DNA from: an uncultured Gammaproteobacteria bacterium
Lineage (GTDB): Bacteria > Pseudomonadota > Gammaproteobacteria > Pseudomonadales > Moraxellaceae
Direction of reading: 5' to 3'
DNA: 64,000 nucleotides
Assembly: GCA_963812025.1 (NCBI GenBank)
Contig: CAWETQ010000008.1
Location: 39,214-103,213, forward strand
In this document: piece after piece, positions 10,958 through 21,614 of the stretch
Layout: each line of letters starts with the position of its first letter
Numbering within the stretch: the first letter of the stretch is position 1
Position numbers and translations under genes: made by a program
The notes under the pieces: generated by a model
The model's input: only the letters and a program-made list of their open reading frames with translations
Database searches by the model: none
Told to the model about the DNA's origin: nothing

Positions 10958-12793
10958 ATGTCAGATATTAAAACTCTCCGCAACATCGCAATTATTGCGC
11001 ACGTTGACCACGGTAAAACCACTCTTGTAGACAAACTTTTGCAACAATCCGGTGCTCTCGGTGATCGCGCGGGTGAGATTGAGCGTGTTATGGATTCGAA
11101 CGCGCTTGAGTCTGAACGTGGTATTACCATTCTTGCAAAAAACACTGCAATTAAATGGTTAGACAAACGTACAGATATTGAATACCGCATTAACATCGTC
11201 GACACCCCGGGACATGCTGACTTCGGTGGTGAAGTTGAACGTGTAATGTCTATGGTTGACTGCGTACTTCTTCTTGTTGATGCACAAGACGGTCCAATGC
11301 CACAAACTCGTTTTGTGACATCTAAAGCATTTGCGAGTGGTCTTAAGCCAATCGTTGTATTAAACAAAGTTGACCGTCCAGGCGCACGTCCGGATTGGGT
11401 AATGGATCAAGTATTTGATTTGTTTGACAACCTTGGTGCGACTGACGAACAGTTAGACTTCCCAGTGGTATATGCTTCTGCAATTAACGGTATTGCTGGT
11501 CGTGATGTTGAAGCAATGGCTGAAGATATGACGCCATTGTTTGAAACCATTGTTGACATCGTTGAACCACCTAAGGTTGACGTTGACGGTCCGTTCCAAA
11601 TGCAAATTTCATCTCTTGACTATAATAGTTTCGTAGGTGTAATCGGTATTGGTCGTATTCAACGTGGTTCTGTGAAAACCAATACACAAGTAACTGTGAT
11701 TGATAAAGATGGCAAAACACGTAACGGCCGTATCTTAAAAATCATGGGTTACCATGGTCTTGACCGTGTTGATATCGAAGAAGCAAATGCTGGTGATATC
11801 GTATGTATTACTGGTCTTGATGCACTTCATATTTCTGACACGATTTGTGATCCGAAAAATGTTGAAGCTTTACCACCATTGTCTGTAGATGAACCTACAG
11901 TTTCGATGACATTCCAAGTAAACAACTCACCGTTTGCTGGTCGCGAAGGTAAATTTGTAACTTCACGTAATATTCGTGAACGTCTTGACCGTGAATTGAT
12001 TCATAACGTAGCTTTACGTGTTGAAGATACTGATTCTCCAGACCGTTTCAAAGTATCTGGTCGTGGTGAGCTTCATCTGTCTGTTCTTATTGAGAACATG
12101 CGTCGTGAAGGCTTCGAGATGGGTGTTTCTCGTCCTGAAGTAATCATGAAAGAAATTGATGGTGAAATCCAAGAGCCGTATGAAAATGTAACTTTTGACG
12201 TTGAAGAACAACATCAAGGTTCAATCATGGAGCAAATGGGCTTCCGTAAAGGCGAAATGACCAATATGGAACTTGACGGCAAAGGCCGTATCCGTATTGA
12301 AGCAACTGTTCCTTCACGTGGCTTAATCGGTTTCCGTTCTGAATTCTTAACCATTACTTCTGGTACTGGTATTATGACTTCAAGCTTCTCTCATTATGGT
12401 AAAGCGAAAGCGGGTACTGTAGCGAAGCGTCAAAACGGTGTGCTTGTTTCAATGGTTAACGGTACTTGCTTAGCGTTTGCATTGTTTACATTACAAGACC
12501 GTGGTCGTCTATTTGCAGAACCACAGTTAGAAGTTTACGAAGGTATGATTGTTGGTATGAACTCACGTTCTGACGACATGACTGTTAACCCAACTAAAGC
12601 GAAACAGTTAACCAACATGCGTGCATCTGGTACAGATGAAGCGTTGACGTTAACTCCTGCGATTCGTTTCACGCTTGAACAAGCACTTGAGTTTGTTGAA
12701 GATGACGAATTAGTTGAAGTAACACCTAAATCGATTCGTATCCGTAAACGTTGGTTGACTGAAAACGAACGTAAACGTAACCGTGGTAAATAA
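10958..12793 (+). CDS. typA: Translational GTPase TypA/BipA
   Basis: [33 protein letters not shown]; BipA C-terminus. Confidence 0.97.
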   Translation: MSDIKTLRNIAIIAHVDHGKTTLVDKLLQQSGALGDRAGEIERVMDSNALESERGITILAKNTAIKWLDKRTDIEYRINIVDTPGHADFGGEVERVMSMVDCVLLLVDAQDGPMPQTRFVTSKAFASGLKPIVVLNKVDRPGARPDWVMDQVFDLFDNLGATDEQLDFPVVYASAINGIAGRDVEAMAEDMTPLFETIVDIVEPPKVDVDGPFQMQISSLDYNSFVGVIGIGRIQRGSVKTNTQVTVIDKDGKTRNGRILKIMGYHGLDRVDIEEANAGDIVCITGLDALHISDTICDPKNVEALPPLSVDEPTVSMTFQVNNSPFAGREGKFVTSRNIRERLDRELIHNVALRVEDTDSPDRFKVSGRGELHLSVLIENMRREGFEMGVSRPEVIMKEIDGEIQEPYENVTFDVEEQHQGSIMEQMGFRKGEMTNMELDGKGRIRIEATVPSRGLIGFRSEFLTITSGTGIMTSSFSHYGKAKAGTVAKRQNGVLVSMVNGTCLAFALFTLQDRGRLFAEPQLEVYEGMIVGMNSRSDDMTVNPTKAKQLTNMRASGTDEALTLTPAIRFTLEQALEFVEDDELVEVTPKSIRIRKRWLTENERKRNRGK

Positions 12794-12827
12794 TTTTTAA
12801 TTATTGTCCATGACTGCGTTTGGTCAT

Positions 12828-12864
12828 AAAAAGGTGCTATCAATTCGTTGATAGCATTTTTTTT
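12828..12864 (+). terminator. typA terminator
   Basis: GGTGCTATCAA-TTCG-TTGATAGCA followed by a T run. Confidence 0.85.
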
Positions 12865-13014
12865 GTTTGAAATGAGCAACTAAATATATTCAATGCCGAT
12901 AATTCCAAGTAAATTACAAGGAATTCTTAATCTTTTCCCAATGCTCAAGCACGGGAAACAATTGCATAACTATTTTTAATAAAAAATAACGTCAAAGATA
13001 AACTGGAGAAAAAT

Positions 13015-13446
13015 ATGAGTATTGTTCAAGAATTCAAAGAATTTGCCCTTAAAGGCAATATGATGGATTTGGCGATTGGTGTCATCATTGGTGGCGCTTT
13101 CGGTAAAATCATTGATTCATTGGTGAAAGACATTCTGATGCCTTTAATTTCTGTCATTACAGGTGGTGGGGTAGATTTCACACAAAAATTCTTTATCTTA
13201 GGTGATAACCCGAATAACTTACTGTCGTTAGATGCTTTACAAAAAGCAGGGGTGAATGTTTTAACCTACGGTAATTTTTTAACCATTTTATTAAACTTCC
13301 TGATTTTGGCTTGGGTGGTTTTTCTTTTGGTGAAAGTGATGAACCGGATGCGTAAACAAGAAGAGCCAGCACCTGCCGCAACTCCTGAAGATATTGAATT
13401 ATTACGTGAAATTCGTGATGAGTTGAAACGTCGTCCACAAGCTTAA
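13015..13446 (+). CDS. mscL: Large-conductance mechanosensitive channel
   Basis: [28 protein letters not shown]; LLREIRDEL. Confidence 0.96.
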   Translation: MSIVQEFKEFALKGNMMDLAIGVIIGGAFGKIIDSLVKDILMPLISVITGGGVDFTQKFFILGDNPNNLLSLDALQKAGVNVLTYGNFLTILLNFLILAWVVFLLVKVMNRMRKQEEPAPAATPEDIELLREIRDELKRRPQA

Positions 13447-13459
13447 ATTTTAGAATGAT

Positions 13460-13489
13460 AAAAAACGGCACTTTAGGTGCCGTTTTTTT
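13460..13489 (+). terminator. mscL terminator
   Basis: CGGCAC-TTTAG-GTGCCG-T7. Confidence 0.85.
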
Positions 13490-13550
13490 GAAGTCCCTGT
13501 TTGAAAAAGGGGGATTTAAGCTCATGCTGATTAGTTAAGGGGTTTTACAA

Positions 13551-13770
13551 TTAACGCCTTAGCTTTTTAGTTGTTCACGACGGAGTTTTATAATTTTAAA
13601 TCAAATGCTTGGAGCTCATTTGTTCTTTTATCTCGCCAAAAGAACCAAAAGCATTTATCATCCGCAAAACTCGCCAACTACCGAAAATTAACAAAAAAAT
13701 TGCAAAAACAATATATTACCAATCTAGTCCTGCCTTGCGCTGCAAAATAAAGCCGTGCTTTATTTATTGC
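13551..13770 (-). pseudogene. Degraded remnant of a small membrane protein gene
   Basis: Minus-strand fragments GFILQRKAGLDW*YIVFAIFLLIFGSWRVLRM / CFWFFWRDKRTNELQAFDLK / KLRREQLKS* in shifting frames. Confidence 0.35.
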
Positions 13771-13872
13771 TCAAGTTGCGAATGACGTTTCCGTGTATCG
13801 AATAATATTATGAATTTAAAATAAAAAATGCCAGTCAATTTCTTCACTGGCTGGCATTAGAATTTAGGATGA

Positions 13873-14154
13873 TTAATCCATCCGAAACTTAATTTCGAGT
13901 AAATGCCAACCAAACTGACTTTTGATTGGGCCATGCAATTCACGTTCAGCTAGGGTAAATACCGCTTTATCAATGGGGCCGACCAGTTGTCCTTTTTTGA
14001 TATCACCCAGTTCACCACCTTTTTTGCCTGAAGGACAGGTGGAATGCTGTTTGGCAATTTGGGCAAAGTCTGCACCAGCTTTAATTTTCTTTTTTAACTG
14101 TTCAGCCAATTCTTTGTCTTTGACTAAAATGTGACGCACGATGGCAGATTTCAT
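13873..14154 (-). CDS. ppiC: Parvulin peptidyl-prolyl cis-trans isomerase
   Basis: RHILVK, STCPSGKKGGELG, SQFGWHL. Confidence 0.9.
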   Translation of the reverse strand: MKSAIVRHILVKDKELAEQLKKKIKAGADFAQIAKQHSTCPSGKKGGELGDIKKGQLVGPIDKAVFTLAERELHGPIKSQFGWHLLEIKFRMD

Positions 14155-15005
14155 GCTTTATTCCCTTTAGATGGTGTCTTGCTGAGCATTTTAACGCTTT
14201 TTAAAGGCTGACATTGCGGACAAAATACACTGGCGCGCTGTCCGAGTTTTAAATTTTCTAAAGTGCTTTCACAGTTCACGCACATTTCACCCGCACGGCC
14301 ATAAGCCAATAGGGTTTGTTGGAAATAACCATTTTCGCCCATGGCATTACTATAGTCACGCAGGGTTGAACCGCCTAAATCTATGGCTTGTTTTAAGATG
14401 CGTTTGATCTCGACCACTAATTTCTCAATTTGCTGCATGCTTAAACTGGATGCGGGCTGGGCAGGGTGAATGCCTAAATTGAATAAACTTTCCGTGGCAT
14501 AGATATTGCCGACCCCAACCACCATATGGTTATCCATAATGGCGACTTTGGCAGCGACATTTTTCTTTTTAAATTTTTCCGCTAAATAGTCCGCATTAAA
14601 GGCGTCACTTAAAGGCTCAGGGCCTAAAGTATCAATTAACTTGCTTTGAGAGTTTTGGTCTAGCCAGAGAATGCAGCCAAAACGACGCGGATCGTGATAG
14701 CGAAGCTGTACGTCTTCAAACTGAATGATCAAATGATCATGTTTACGCAATTCCGTCTGGGGTTCACACAGACGAAAACTACCCGACATGCCCAAATGCC
14801 ATAACATACTGTCGTGCTCAAATTCCGCCAAAATATATTTAGAGCGTCGCGTAAGTTTAAGGAGTTTTTGCCCTGTGAGTTTTTGAATATCTTCAGGAAT
14901 AGGCCAGCGTAAACTGGATTGTCGGACTTCAACAGAAATGACTTTCTGCTCAATTAAAGGCAATAAACTGGTTTTTGTGGTTTCGACTTCAGGTAATTCA
15001 GGCAT
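14151..15005 (-). CDS. mutM: Formamidopyrimidine-DNA glycosylase
   Basis: True start MPELPEVE at 15005; HLGMSG, DPRRFG, GNIYA; C-terminal zinc finger. Confidence 0.96.
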   Translation of the reverse strand: MPELPEVETTKTSLLPLIEQKVISVEVRQSSLRWPIPEDIQKLTGQKLLKLTRRSKYILAEFEHDSMLWHLGMSGSFRLCEPQTELRKHDHLIIQFEDVQLRYHDPRRFGCILWLDQNSQSKLIDTLGPEPLSDAFNADYLAEKFKKKNVAAKVAIMDNHMVVGVGNIYATESLFNLGIHPAQPASSLSMQQIEKLVVEIKRILKQAIDLGGSTLRDYSNAMGENGYFQQTLLAYGRAGEMCVNCESTLENLKLGQRASVFCPQCQPLKSVKMLSKTPSKGNKA

Positions 15006-15406
15006 TTTTAGCAAATTAAAATGGATTATGGCTAATATCGGGATGAATGCCCAAGAATACAAGTTTTAATTAAAGCCCAAGGCGAATCGTACTGATACTG
15101 TAAGAAATCGAGTTTAAAAATGTATTTAAAATAAGCTGAAAATTAAATAAATTTAATCAGTTGTATGATGCAGCATACTTGCATTTAAGACATTATGAAT
15201 ACTGCTTTTATTTATATTTATTTGATAAATAACAGGCTTTTTAATAGATTTTTTTTGAACAATACAAGTGCTTGGTAAAGCCAAAATTATAGAACCCACT
15301 TGAGGAAGCATGTGATTTATTTTGGTGCAATGGATAAAGTTGATAATGCGCTGGGAGTTGGTTTAAGCTCTAAAGTGATTTTTTAATCTAAAAATAGAGG
15401 CTTACC

Positions 15407-17537
15407 ATGCAAAGTAAATCGCCGATGCAGCCCATCAATATGACTTTACTTTGCCTGACGGCATGTATTTGTCAAAATCTTTATGCAGAGGCAGGTTCTA
15501 CGGAACCTATTTTACTTCCGACCTTAAAAATACAAGCCACACGTACCGATACGGAATGGTTAGCAACACCGGCATCGGTCTATCGTATTGAACAAAAAAA
15601 TAATGAAAATAATTTGGGGATTAATTTATCTGAAACCTTGAAAGGCATACCGGGGCTACAGCTGAATAACCGTGAAAACTATGCACAGGATTTACAAATT
15701 TCAATGCGTGGTTTTGGCGCGCGTTCAACCTTTGGCGTACGTGGGATTCGTCTATATGTCGATGGTATTCCTGCCACGATGCCTGATGGTCAAGGGCAAA
15801 CTTCAAATATTGATTTAAGCAGTCTAGATCACATTGAAGTCTTGGGTGGGCCATTTTCATCGCTATATGGTAATTCTTCTGGCGGTACTGTTTTAACCAG
15901 CACCAAGCAAGGTGAAGGCCGTGATTCAATCGAATTAGGCTATGCAGGCGGAAGTCATCACAAAGGTCGTGCCGATATTGACCTTACAAGGTGGGGCAGA
16001 TAAAGCCGAATGAGCCGAGTTATGTGGTGAGTTCCTCTTATTTTGATACCGATGGTTATCGTGACCACAGTGCAGCGCGTAAAGTTTTAAGCAATGCCAA
16101 ACTGACTTGGGATTTAGACGATGGTTCTAAAGTGAACTGGATTGTGAATCATGTGGATATGAATGCCGATGATCCACAAGGTTTAACCCGAGAGCAATGG
16201 AAAGCCAATCCCAAACAAGTAAATGATGCAAAAAATATTTATGATGTTCGCAAGGAAATTAACCAGACCCAAACAGGACTGACGTGGACGAAACCGCTTA
16301 ATGATCAACATGAGCTTTATGCTATGGCTTATGTGGGACACCGTGAAGTCACTCAATATCAATCTCGATTCCAAACACAACTCAAGCCAATCCGCGTCAT
16401 GCAGGTGGTGTGATTGATTTTAGCCGTGATTATTACGGGACTGATCTGCGTTGGACGGGTAAAGATTTACTACCGAATACACGTTTTACCGCAGGGTTTG
16501 CTTTTGATGCCATGGATGAAGACCGTCAAGGCTATGAAAACTTTGATAGTGCATGGAAATTATGGGGTAAAAGGCAATTTACGCCGTGATGAAAATAATA
16601 CCTTATGGAATTTAGATCCATACCTACAAGCGTCTTGGCAGTTTTTACCCACTTGGCGCTTAGACACAGGTTTGCGTTATAGCAACGTGCATTACCAATC
16701 TAAAGATCACTATATTCAAGGGACAAATGGTGATGACAGTGGTAAGACTGACTATGACAAGCTATTGCCTTCAGCTGCATTCACTTGGGAAATAAGCTCC
16801 TCAGCTGAGCACGTATCTGAGTTATGCCAAAGGGTTTGAAACACCGACATTTACTGAAATGGCATATCCAACAACAGGAACGTCTGGGATTAACTTTGCT
16901 TTAAAACCTTCAAGCAGTGACAACTATGAACTGGGTTTAAAAGCACAAAATCTGCTCGGTCATTTTACCGCAGCAATTTTCCAAACTGAAACGAAAGACG
17001 ATATTGTTGCAGCAGCAACATTGGATGGTCGATCGACCTTCCAAAATGCCGATAAAACTTTGCGTCAGGGTGTGGAACTGTCATGGAATAAAAATCTATG
17101 GCGTGATTTAACGGCACAAGCCAGTTATAGCTATTTAGATGCAACATTTGATGCCGATATTCCGAATACTGATCCTCAAAAAGTGGTTTATAGCGGTAAC
17201 TACATTCCGGGTGTCGCAAAAAATCAGGCATATATTGCCTTGGGTTGGCAGCCCGAAATAGGCTTTAATGCAGGGGTCGATGTGCGCTACATGGATAAAA
17301 TTTATGTCAATGACACCAATACGGATGCAGCACCCAGCTATACCGTCACCAGTGCCAATGTAGGCTATGTCTGGAAAAATGTGGATTGGAAAGTACGTAC
17401 ATTATGCACGTGTAGATAACGTGTTTGATGAAAACTACGTCGGTTCAGTGATTGTCAATGATGGCAATAATCGATTCTTTGAACCCGCAGATGGGGTGAA
17501 CTGGAGCGCAGGTTTAAGCATCACCAAAGCATTTTAA
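15407..17537 (+). CDS. TonB-dependent receptor, PqqU/YncD-like (about 6 small insertions break the frame as sequenced)
   Basis: Plug motif RENYAQDLQISMRGFGARSTFGVRGIRLYVDGIPATMPDGQGQTSNID; fragments rejoin to a C-terminal ..GLSITKAF* with terminal Phe. Confidence 0.85.
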
Positions 17538-17548
17538 GGAGCAAAAAA

Positions 17549-18658
17549 GTGTCTTTATTATTTGAACCGATCCAGTTTGGTCAGTTAGAACTCAAGAATA
17601 GAATTGTGATTGCACCCATGTGCCAATATTCTGCCAATGAACAGGGCGAACTCAGTTATTGGCATGAACAGCAATGGGCAAATTATGCATTGTCTGGGGC
17701 GGGTTTGTGTGTGATTGAGGCAACAGCTGTGCAGCCAGAAGGTCGTATTAGTTATGCCGATTTAGGACTATGGAATGATACACAGCGCGATCAAATCAAA
17801 ACATTACTGACAAAAGTAAAGACACTTTCACCTATGCCATTTGCTATACAGTTGGCGCATGCAGGCAGAAAGGCATCTACGGATAAGCCTTGGGATGGCA
17901 AAGGTCAATTTAGCCCCGATCAAGAGCATGGCTGGCAGACCGTTTCAGCCAGTGATATTCCATTTAATGATCACGATCATGCACCACAGCAACTGTCAAA
18001 AAATGGCATCCAAAAAATTATTCAAGACTTTAGCGATGCGGCTATCCGTGCGGTTGATGCGGGTTTTGATTTGATTGAGTTACATGCCGCACATGGTTAT
18101 TTATTACATCAGTTTATGTCACCTTTAGTGAATAAGCGCAGTGATGAATATGGTGGTTGTTTTGAAAACCGTATTCGAATGGCGATAGAAACTTTTCAGA
18201 GCATGAAAGCCGCTGTTCCTGAAAATTTCCCCATTGGTGTACGTCTTTCTGCCCAAGATTGGCTTGAAGGTGGTTGGTCTTTAGCAGAAACCGTTGAGTT
18301 GTCGAAACAATTAGAACGTTTAGGCGCAGCTTATATTCATGTTTCGAGTGGGGGATTACATGCCCAGCAAGACATTAAAATTGGCGCCCATTATCAAGTA
18401 CCATTTGCTGAAGCAGTCAAAAAAGCGCTTCATATTCCAGTGATTGCGGTGGGTTTAATTACTGAAGCGCTGCAAGCAGAAAGTATTCTCACACAGGGGC
18501 AAGCCGATGCGATTGGTCTAGCACGTGCGCTACTTTATGAGCCACGTTGGCCTTGGCATGCTGCTGCAACCTTGGGTGCGAAAATTGAAATTGCGCCGCA
18601 GTATTTACGCTGTCAACCACATGGTGTGAAATCACTCTTTAAACCCTTTCAACACTAA
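17549..18658 (+). CDS. NADH:flavin oxidoreductase (old yellow enzyme, YqjM/NamA-like)
   Basis: APMCQYSA, QLAHAGRKAS and HAAHGYLLHQF motifs. Confidence 0.9.
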   Translation: MSLLFEPIQFGQLELKNRIVIAPMCQYSANEQGELSYWHEQQWANYALSGAGLCVIEATAVQPEGRISYADLGLWNDTQRDQIKTLLTKVKTLSPMPFAIQLAHAGRKASTDKPWDGKGQFSPDQEHGWQTVSASDIPFNDHDHAPQQLSKNGIQKIIQDFSDAAIRAVDAGFDLIELHAAHGYLLHQFMSPLVNKRSDEYGGCFENRIRMAIETFQSMKAAVPENFPIGVRLSAQDWLEGGWSLAETVELSKQLERLGAAYIHVSSGGLHAQQDIKIGAHYQVPFAEAVKKALHIPVIAVGLITEALQAESILTQGQADAIGLARALLYEPRWPWHAAATLGAKIEIAPQYLRCQPHGVKSLFKPFQH

Positions 18659-18723
18659 AATATGCTTGCGCAAAATGGCAGGGATAAAGTCGATCTAGGT
18701 CTGTCGAAAGATAAGGAGCTGTT

Positions 18724-19647
18724 GTGGTTTTAACTGTAATTTTACCCATATGCCTGCTGCTTCTATTGGGATTTATCTGCGTAAAATTTGAATTTATTTT
18801 ACCTGAGCATATTAAAGGTTTAAGTCAGTTTGTTTTTAAAATTTCATTGCCTGCATTTTTACTGCAAGCTTTAGCCAGTAAGCGTTTCGATGAAATTTGG
18901 AATCCCAGTTATTTCATTGCTTATGGTGGCGGTTCGCTGATTATTTTTGCTTTGGCTTTTTTCTTGTATCGCAAATATTTTCAATGCCGTTTGACCGAAT
19001 CTGGGGTGTTGGCGATGGGTGCATCCATGTCCAACACGGGTTTTATTGGCACAGCGATACTGACGATGCTGATCGGGCAGCATGCTGCAATTTATCTTTC
19101 TTTGACCCTGATTATAGAAAATTTACTCATCGTCGCTTTAACTTTAGTGATTGCTGAAGCGGGTATACATCAGCATCGAGCGACATCTCAGTTACTTAAA
19201 CAAACCTTGCACAATGTCATTAAAAATCCAGTCATTTTATCAATTGTGTTGGGCATGCTTTGTGTGGTTTTAAATATTCACCTGCCATTTTATGTGGTTC
19301 AAGTTTTAGAAATGTTAGGTAAAACCGCATCTCCGATTGCATTGTTTGTGATTGGTGGAAGTCTGGTGGGGATGAGTTTAAAAGCGCTGAATATGCAAAG
19401 CGTGATTTTGGTCGGCTTTAAAATCGTGCTGATGCCACTGACGATTTTTACTTTGTTGAGTATTTTACCCAATGTCAGCCAAGAAATGCTTTATGCAGGA
19501 ACGTTGCTTGCTGCATTACCGATGCCCATTGTGTTTGGTATTTTGGGGCAAAATTATGGACTGAACGATAAAGCCTTAACCGCTTTAATGCTAAGTACCA
19601 TATTGGGTTTTATTGGGATTAGTAGTTTGATTGCACTTTGGTGGTGA
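18724..19647 (+). CDS. AEC (auxin efflux carrier) family transporter
   Basis: About 10 TM segments; SNTGFIG, KNPVI and ASPIALFVIG motifs. Confidence 0.85.
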   Translation: MVLTVILPICLLLLLGFICVKFEFILPEHIKGLSQFVFKISLPAFLLQALASKRFDEIWNPSYFIAYGGGSLIIFALAFFLYRKYFQCRLTESGVLAMGASMSNTGFIGTAILTMLIGQHAAIYLSLTLIIENLLIVALTLVIAEAGIHQHRATSQLLKQTLHNVIKNPVILSIVLGMLCVVLNIHLPFYVVQVLEMLGKTASPIALFVIGGSLVGMSLKALNMQSVILVGFKIVLMPLTIFTLLSILPNVSQEMLYAGTLLAALPMPIVFGILGQNYGLNDKALTALMLSTILGFIGISSLIALWW

Positions 19648-19661
19648 ATTCGGCTGGCAGT

Positions 19662-19689
19662 AAAAAGCCCCTGATTTAGGGGCTTTTTT
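19662..19689. terminator. Bidirectional terminator
   Basis: A5-GCCCCT-loop-AGGGGC-T6 between convergent genes. Confidence 0.85.
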
Positions 19690-19718
19690 GATTTAGATGT
19701 TTTATTGGTTTAAACGCT

Positions 19719-20525
19719 TTAGCTTTTCTTTTCAGCTTTTGGCGGGTTTTTTGTTGCTTCAGCAAGCATTTTATCCACCACCACTAAAGATTCTTTTGCC
19801 TGAGGCACGTTTTCTTTTGCTAGAGCAGAAAAAATCTTTTTCGCTTCTACAAGATTTTGCGGAATGATTTTGCCATTGGTAAACATATTGCCGACAGCCA
19901 TCAGCGCTGGAATATAGCCTTTTTGCGCCAAGTCTTGAATGCTTTTTAGACCTTGTTTAATTGATGCTTCATTTTTGTTTTTAAAGCCTAAACTAATGTC
20001 ATATAACGCTTTAGCATGGATCGCCTGATAGTTATCTTTTTTAATTAAAGGGTCTAATTTTTGCAATGCCAATTGTTCTGAGGCAGGCGTACCTTCAGAA
20101 AAAAGCAACACGGCTAAATCGACAGTGGCATCGGCAAAACCTTGCTGAGATGCTTTTTCCAAATACTGTTTGGCTTTATTCAGGTCTTGTTTAAGACCTA
20201 AAGTACCCGCCATATAGTTTTTGGCTAAGACATAGTTGGCAACAGGGTAGCCTTTATTGGCAGACTCTTCGTACAGCTTAATTGCCTTTTTTTCATTTTT
20301 GGCTGTGCCTTGACCGGTTTGCGTTAAGTAACCTAAATTATAAATTGCCTGCGGATTTCCCGTTTTTGCCAATTTATCCAGTTCTTGATATGCACCCTTC
20401 ATATTCTTGGCTTTGACCATAGCTTCAACTTTGGCAAGGGCAGGGTCGACAGACGTTGTCGCAGTTTCTGCCAGAGCAAAATTTGAAGACAATGCGATGA
20501 TACTCGCCAGTATGATTTTTTTCAT
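19719..20525 (-). CDS. Secreted Sel1-like (TPR) repeat protein
   Basis: Signal peptide; repeated GxxxAxYxLG..G.G helical repeats. Confidence 0.85.
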   Translation of the reverse strand: MKKIILASIIALSSNFALAETATTSVDPALAKVEAMVKAKNMKGAYQELDKLAKTGNPQAIYNLGYLTQTGQGTAKNEKKAIKLYEESANKGYPVANYVLAKNYMAGTLGLKQDLNKAKQYLEKASQQGFADATVDLAVLLFSEGTPASEQLALQKLDPLIKKDNYQAIHAKALYDISLGFKNKNEASIKQGLKSIQDLAQKGYIPALMAVGNMFTNGKIIPQNLVEAKKIFSALAKENVPQAKESLVVVDKMLAEATKNPPKAEKKS

Positions 20526-20859
20526 AGTATTAAAAACCTTTTATAAACATGCACATAATTCCATTTATGTGTTTGGTGGTATATGTGGATGACTCAGTAC
20601 AACATCATAAATTTAATTATCTGAATGTAAATATATGATTTGTGTATTGCAATAAAATTTCGTATATATTTGTATAATCCGTGTTTTAAGTAAAGCGTAT
20701 ATGGCTTAAATTGAGATTAAAAGATATTCACTTTTGTTTTGAAAGCTGAAGATAAGACATGAAGTTCTATGTCCTGATCTAAAATGAATATCAGAATGAA
20801 CTTTGCTTTTGAGTCAATGTTTGTTTAAATCTCGGTTGAATTTTATCGCGAGTAGATCC

Positions 20860-21105
20860 ATGTTCATTAAAGGCATTAAACGTAACTATTTAAAAGTGAG
20901 TCAGGATGAATCTATTGCTGATGAAGATAAAATTGATGCGTTATTAATGAAATTGGGCGCTGAGTTTTTAGTAAGCAAAGAAGATCGTGTCTATATTTTT
21001 GAGAAAGATGGTCATACTGCAAAAATTGATGCAAAACATGCGCGTGCTTTTCATTTTAAAGATTATGTGATTAAAGATATGAACAAGTTGTTTCATGATT
21101 TTTAA
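20860..21105 (+). CDS. Hypothetical protein (~81 aa)
   Basis: ORF with plausible ATG at 20860 and protein-like composition; no family recognised. Confidence 0.55.
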   Translation: MFIKGIKRNYLKVSQDESIADEDKIDALLMKLGAEFLVSKEDRVYIFEKDGHTAKIDAKHARAFHFKDYVIKDMNKLFHDF

Positions 21106-21133
21106 TAGACGTAATTTGCTGTTTTTAAAAGTA

Positions 21134-21468
21134 TTAGGTTAAATGTGTGCTCATTGAAAGTTTGAGAATTTCAATGAGTTCTTCATCCATATAATGATAA
21201 TCATCGGGAATATCTAGAACAATAATTGTCTTATGTTTCAATTGCTTTGAAAATTTTTCCTGCAAAGTTTGTTTGTGTTTGTACTCCATCACGGCAATCA
21301 GATCTGCCCAAACAATATCTTTGGCTGAAACTTGATGTTTTGCCTGTTTGCTGGTTCCCGCTGAGCGTGTATGTATGCCAAAGCCAACAGCAAAAATCGT
21401 TCCCTTGCGTGGCAGTACCACTCAGGACTGCGCCATTGGTTACGGCTACAGATAAATAGGTCGTTAAT
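21134..21468 (-). pseudogene. Low-molecular-weight phosphotyrosine phosphatase family, N-terminus disrupted
   Basis: P-loop LFICSRNQWRSP lies in a different frame upstream of RSAGT..WADLIAVME..LDIPDDY. Confidence 0.75.
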
Positions 21469-21614
21469 GGTGATTCCTCAAAAATTTGATTGTTTTCATT
21501 GATCTGTCTGAATGTTTTTTAACTTAAAGCATTTGGCTATGTACTCTTCATTCAAATTATATAACATAAAATTGAAGGCTCTTTTTCGTAAGATTAATTG
21601 AGGCATATTTCAAT

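Noticed and set aside
20657-20685. XerC-like half site ATTTCGTATAT (possible pdif)
   Set aside because: No XerD arm (TTATGTTAAAT) at 6-bp spacing; the XerD-like ATATAACATAA near 21560 likewise lacks a XerC arm.
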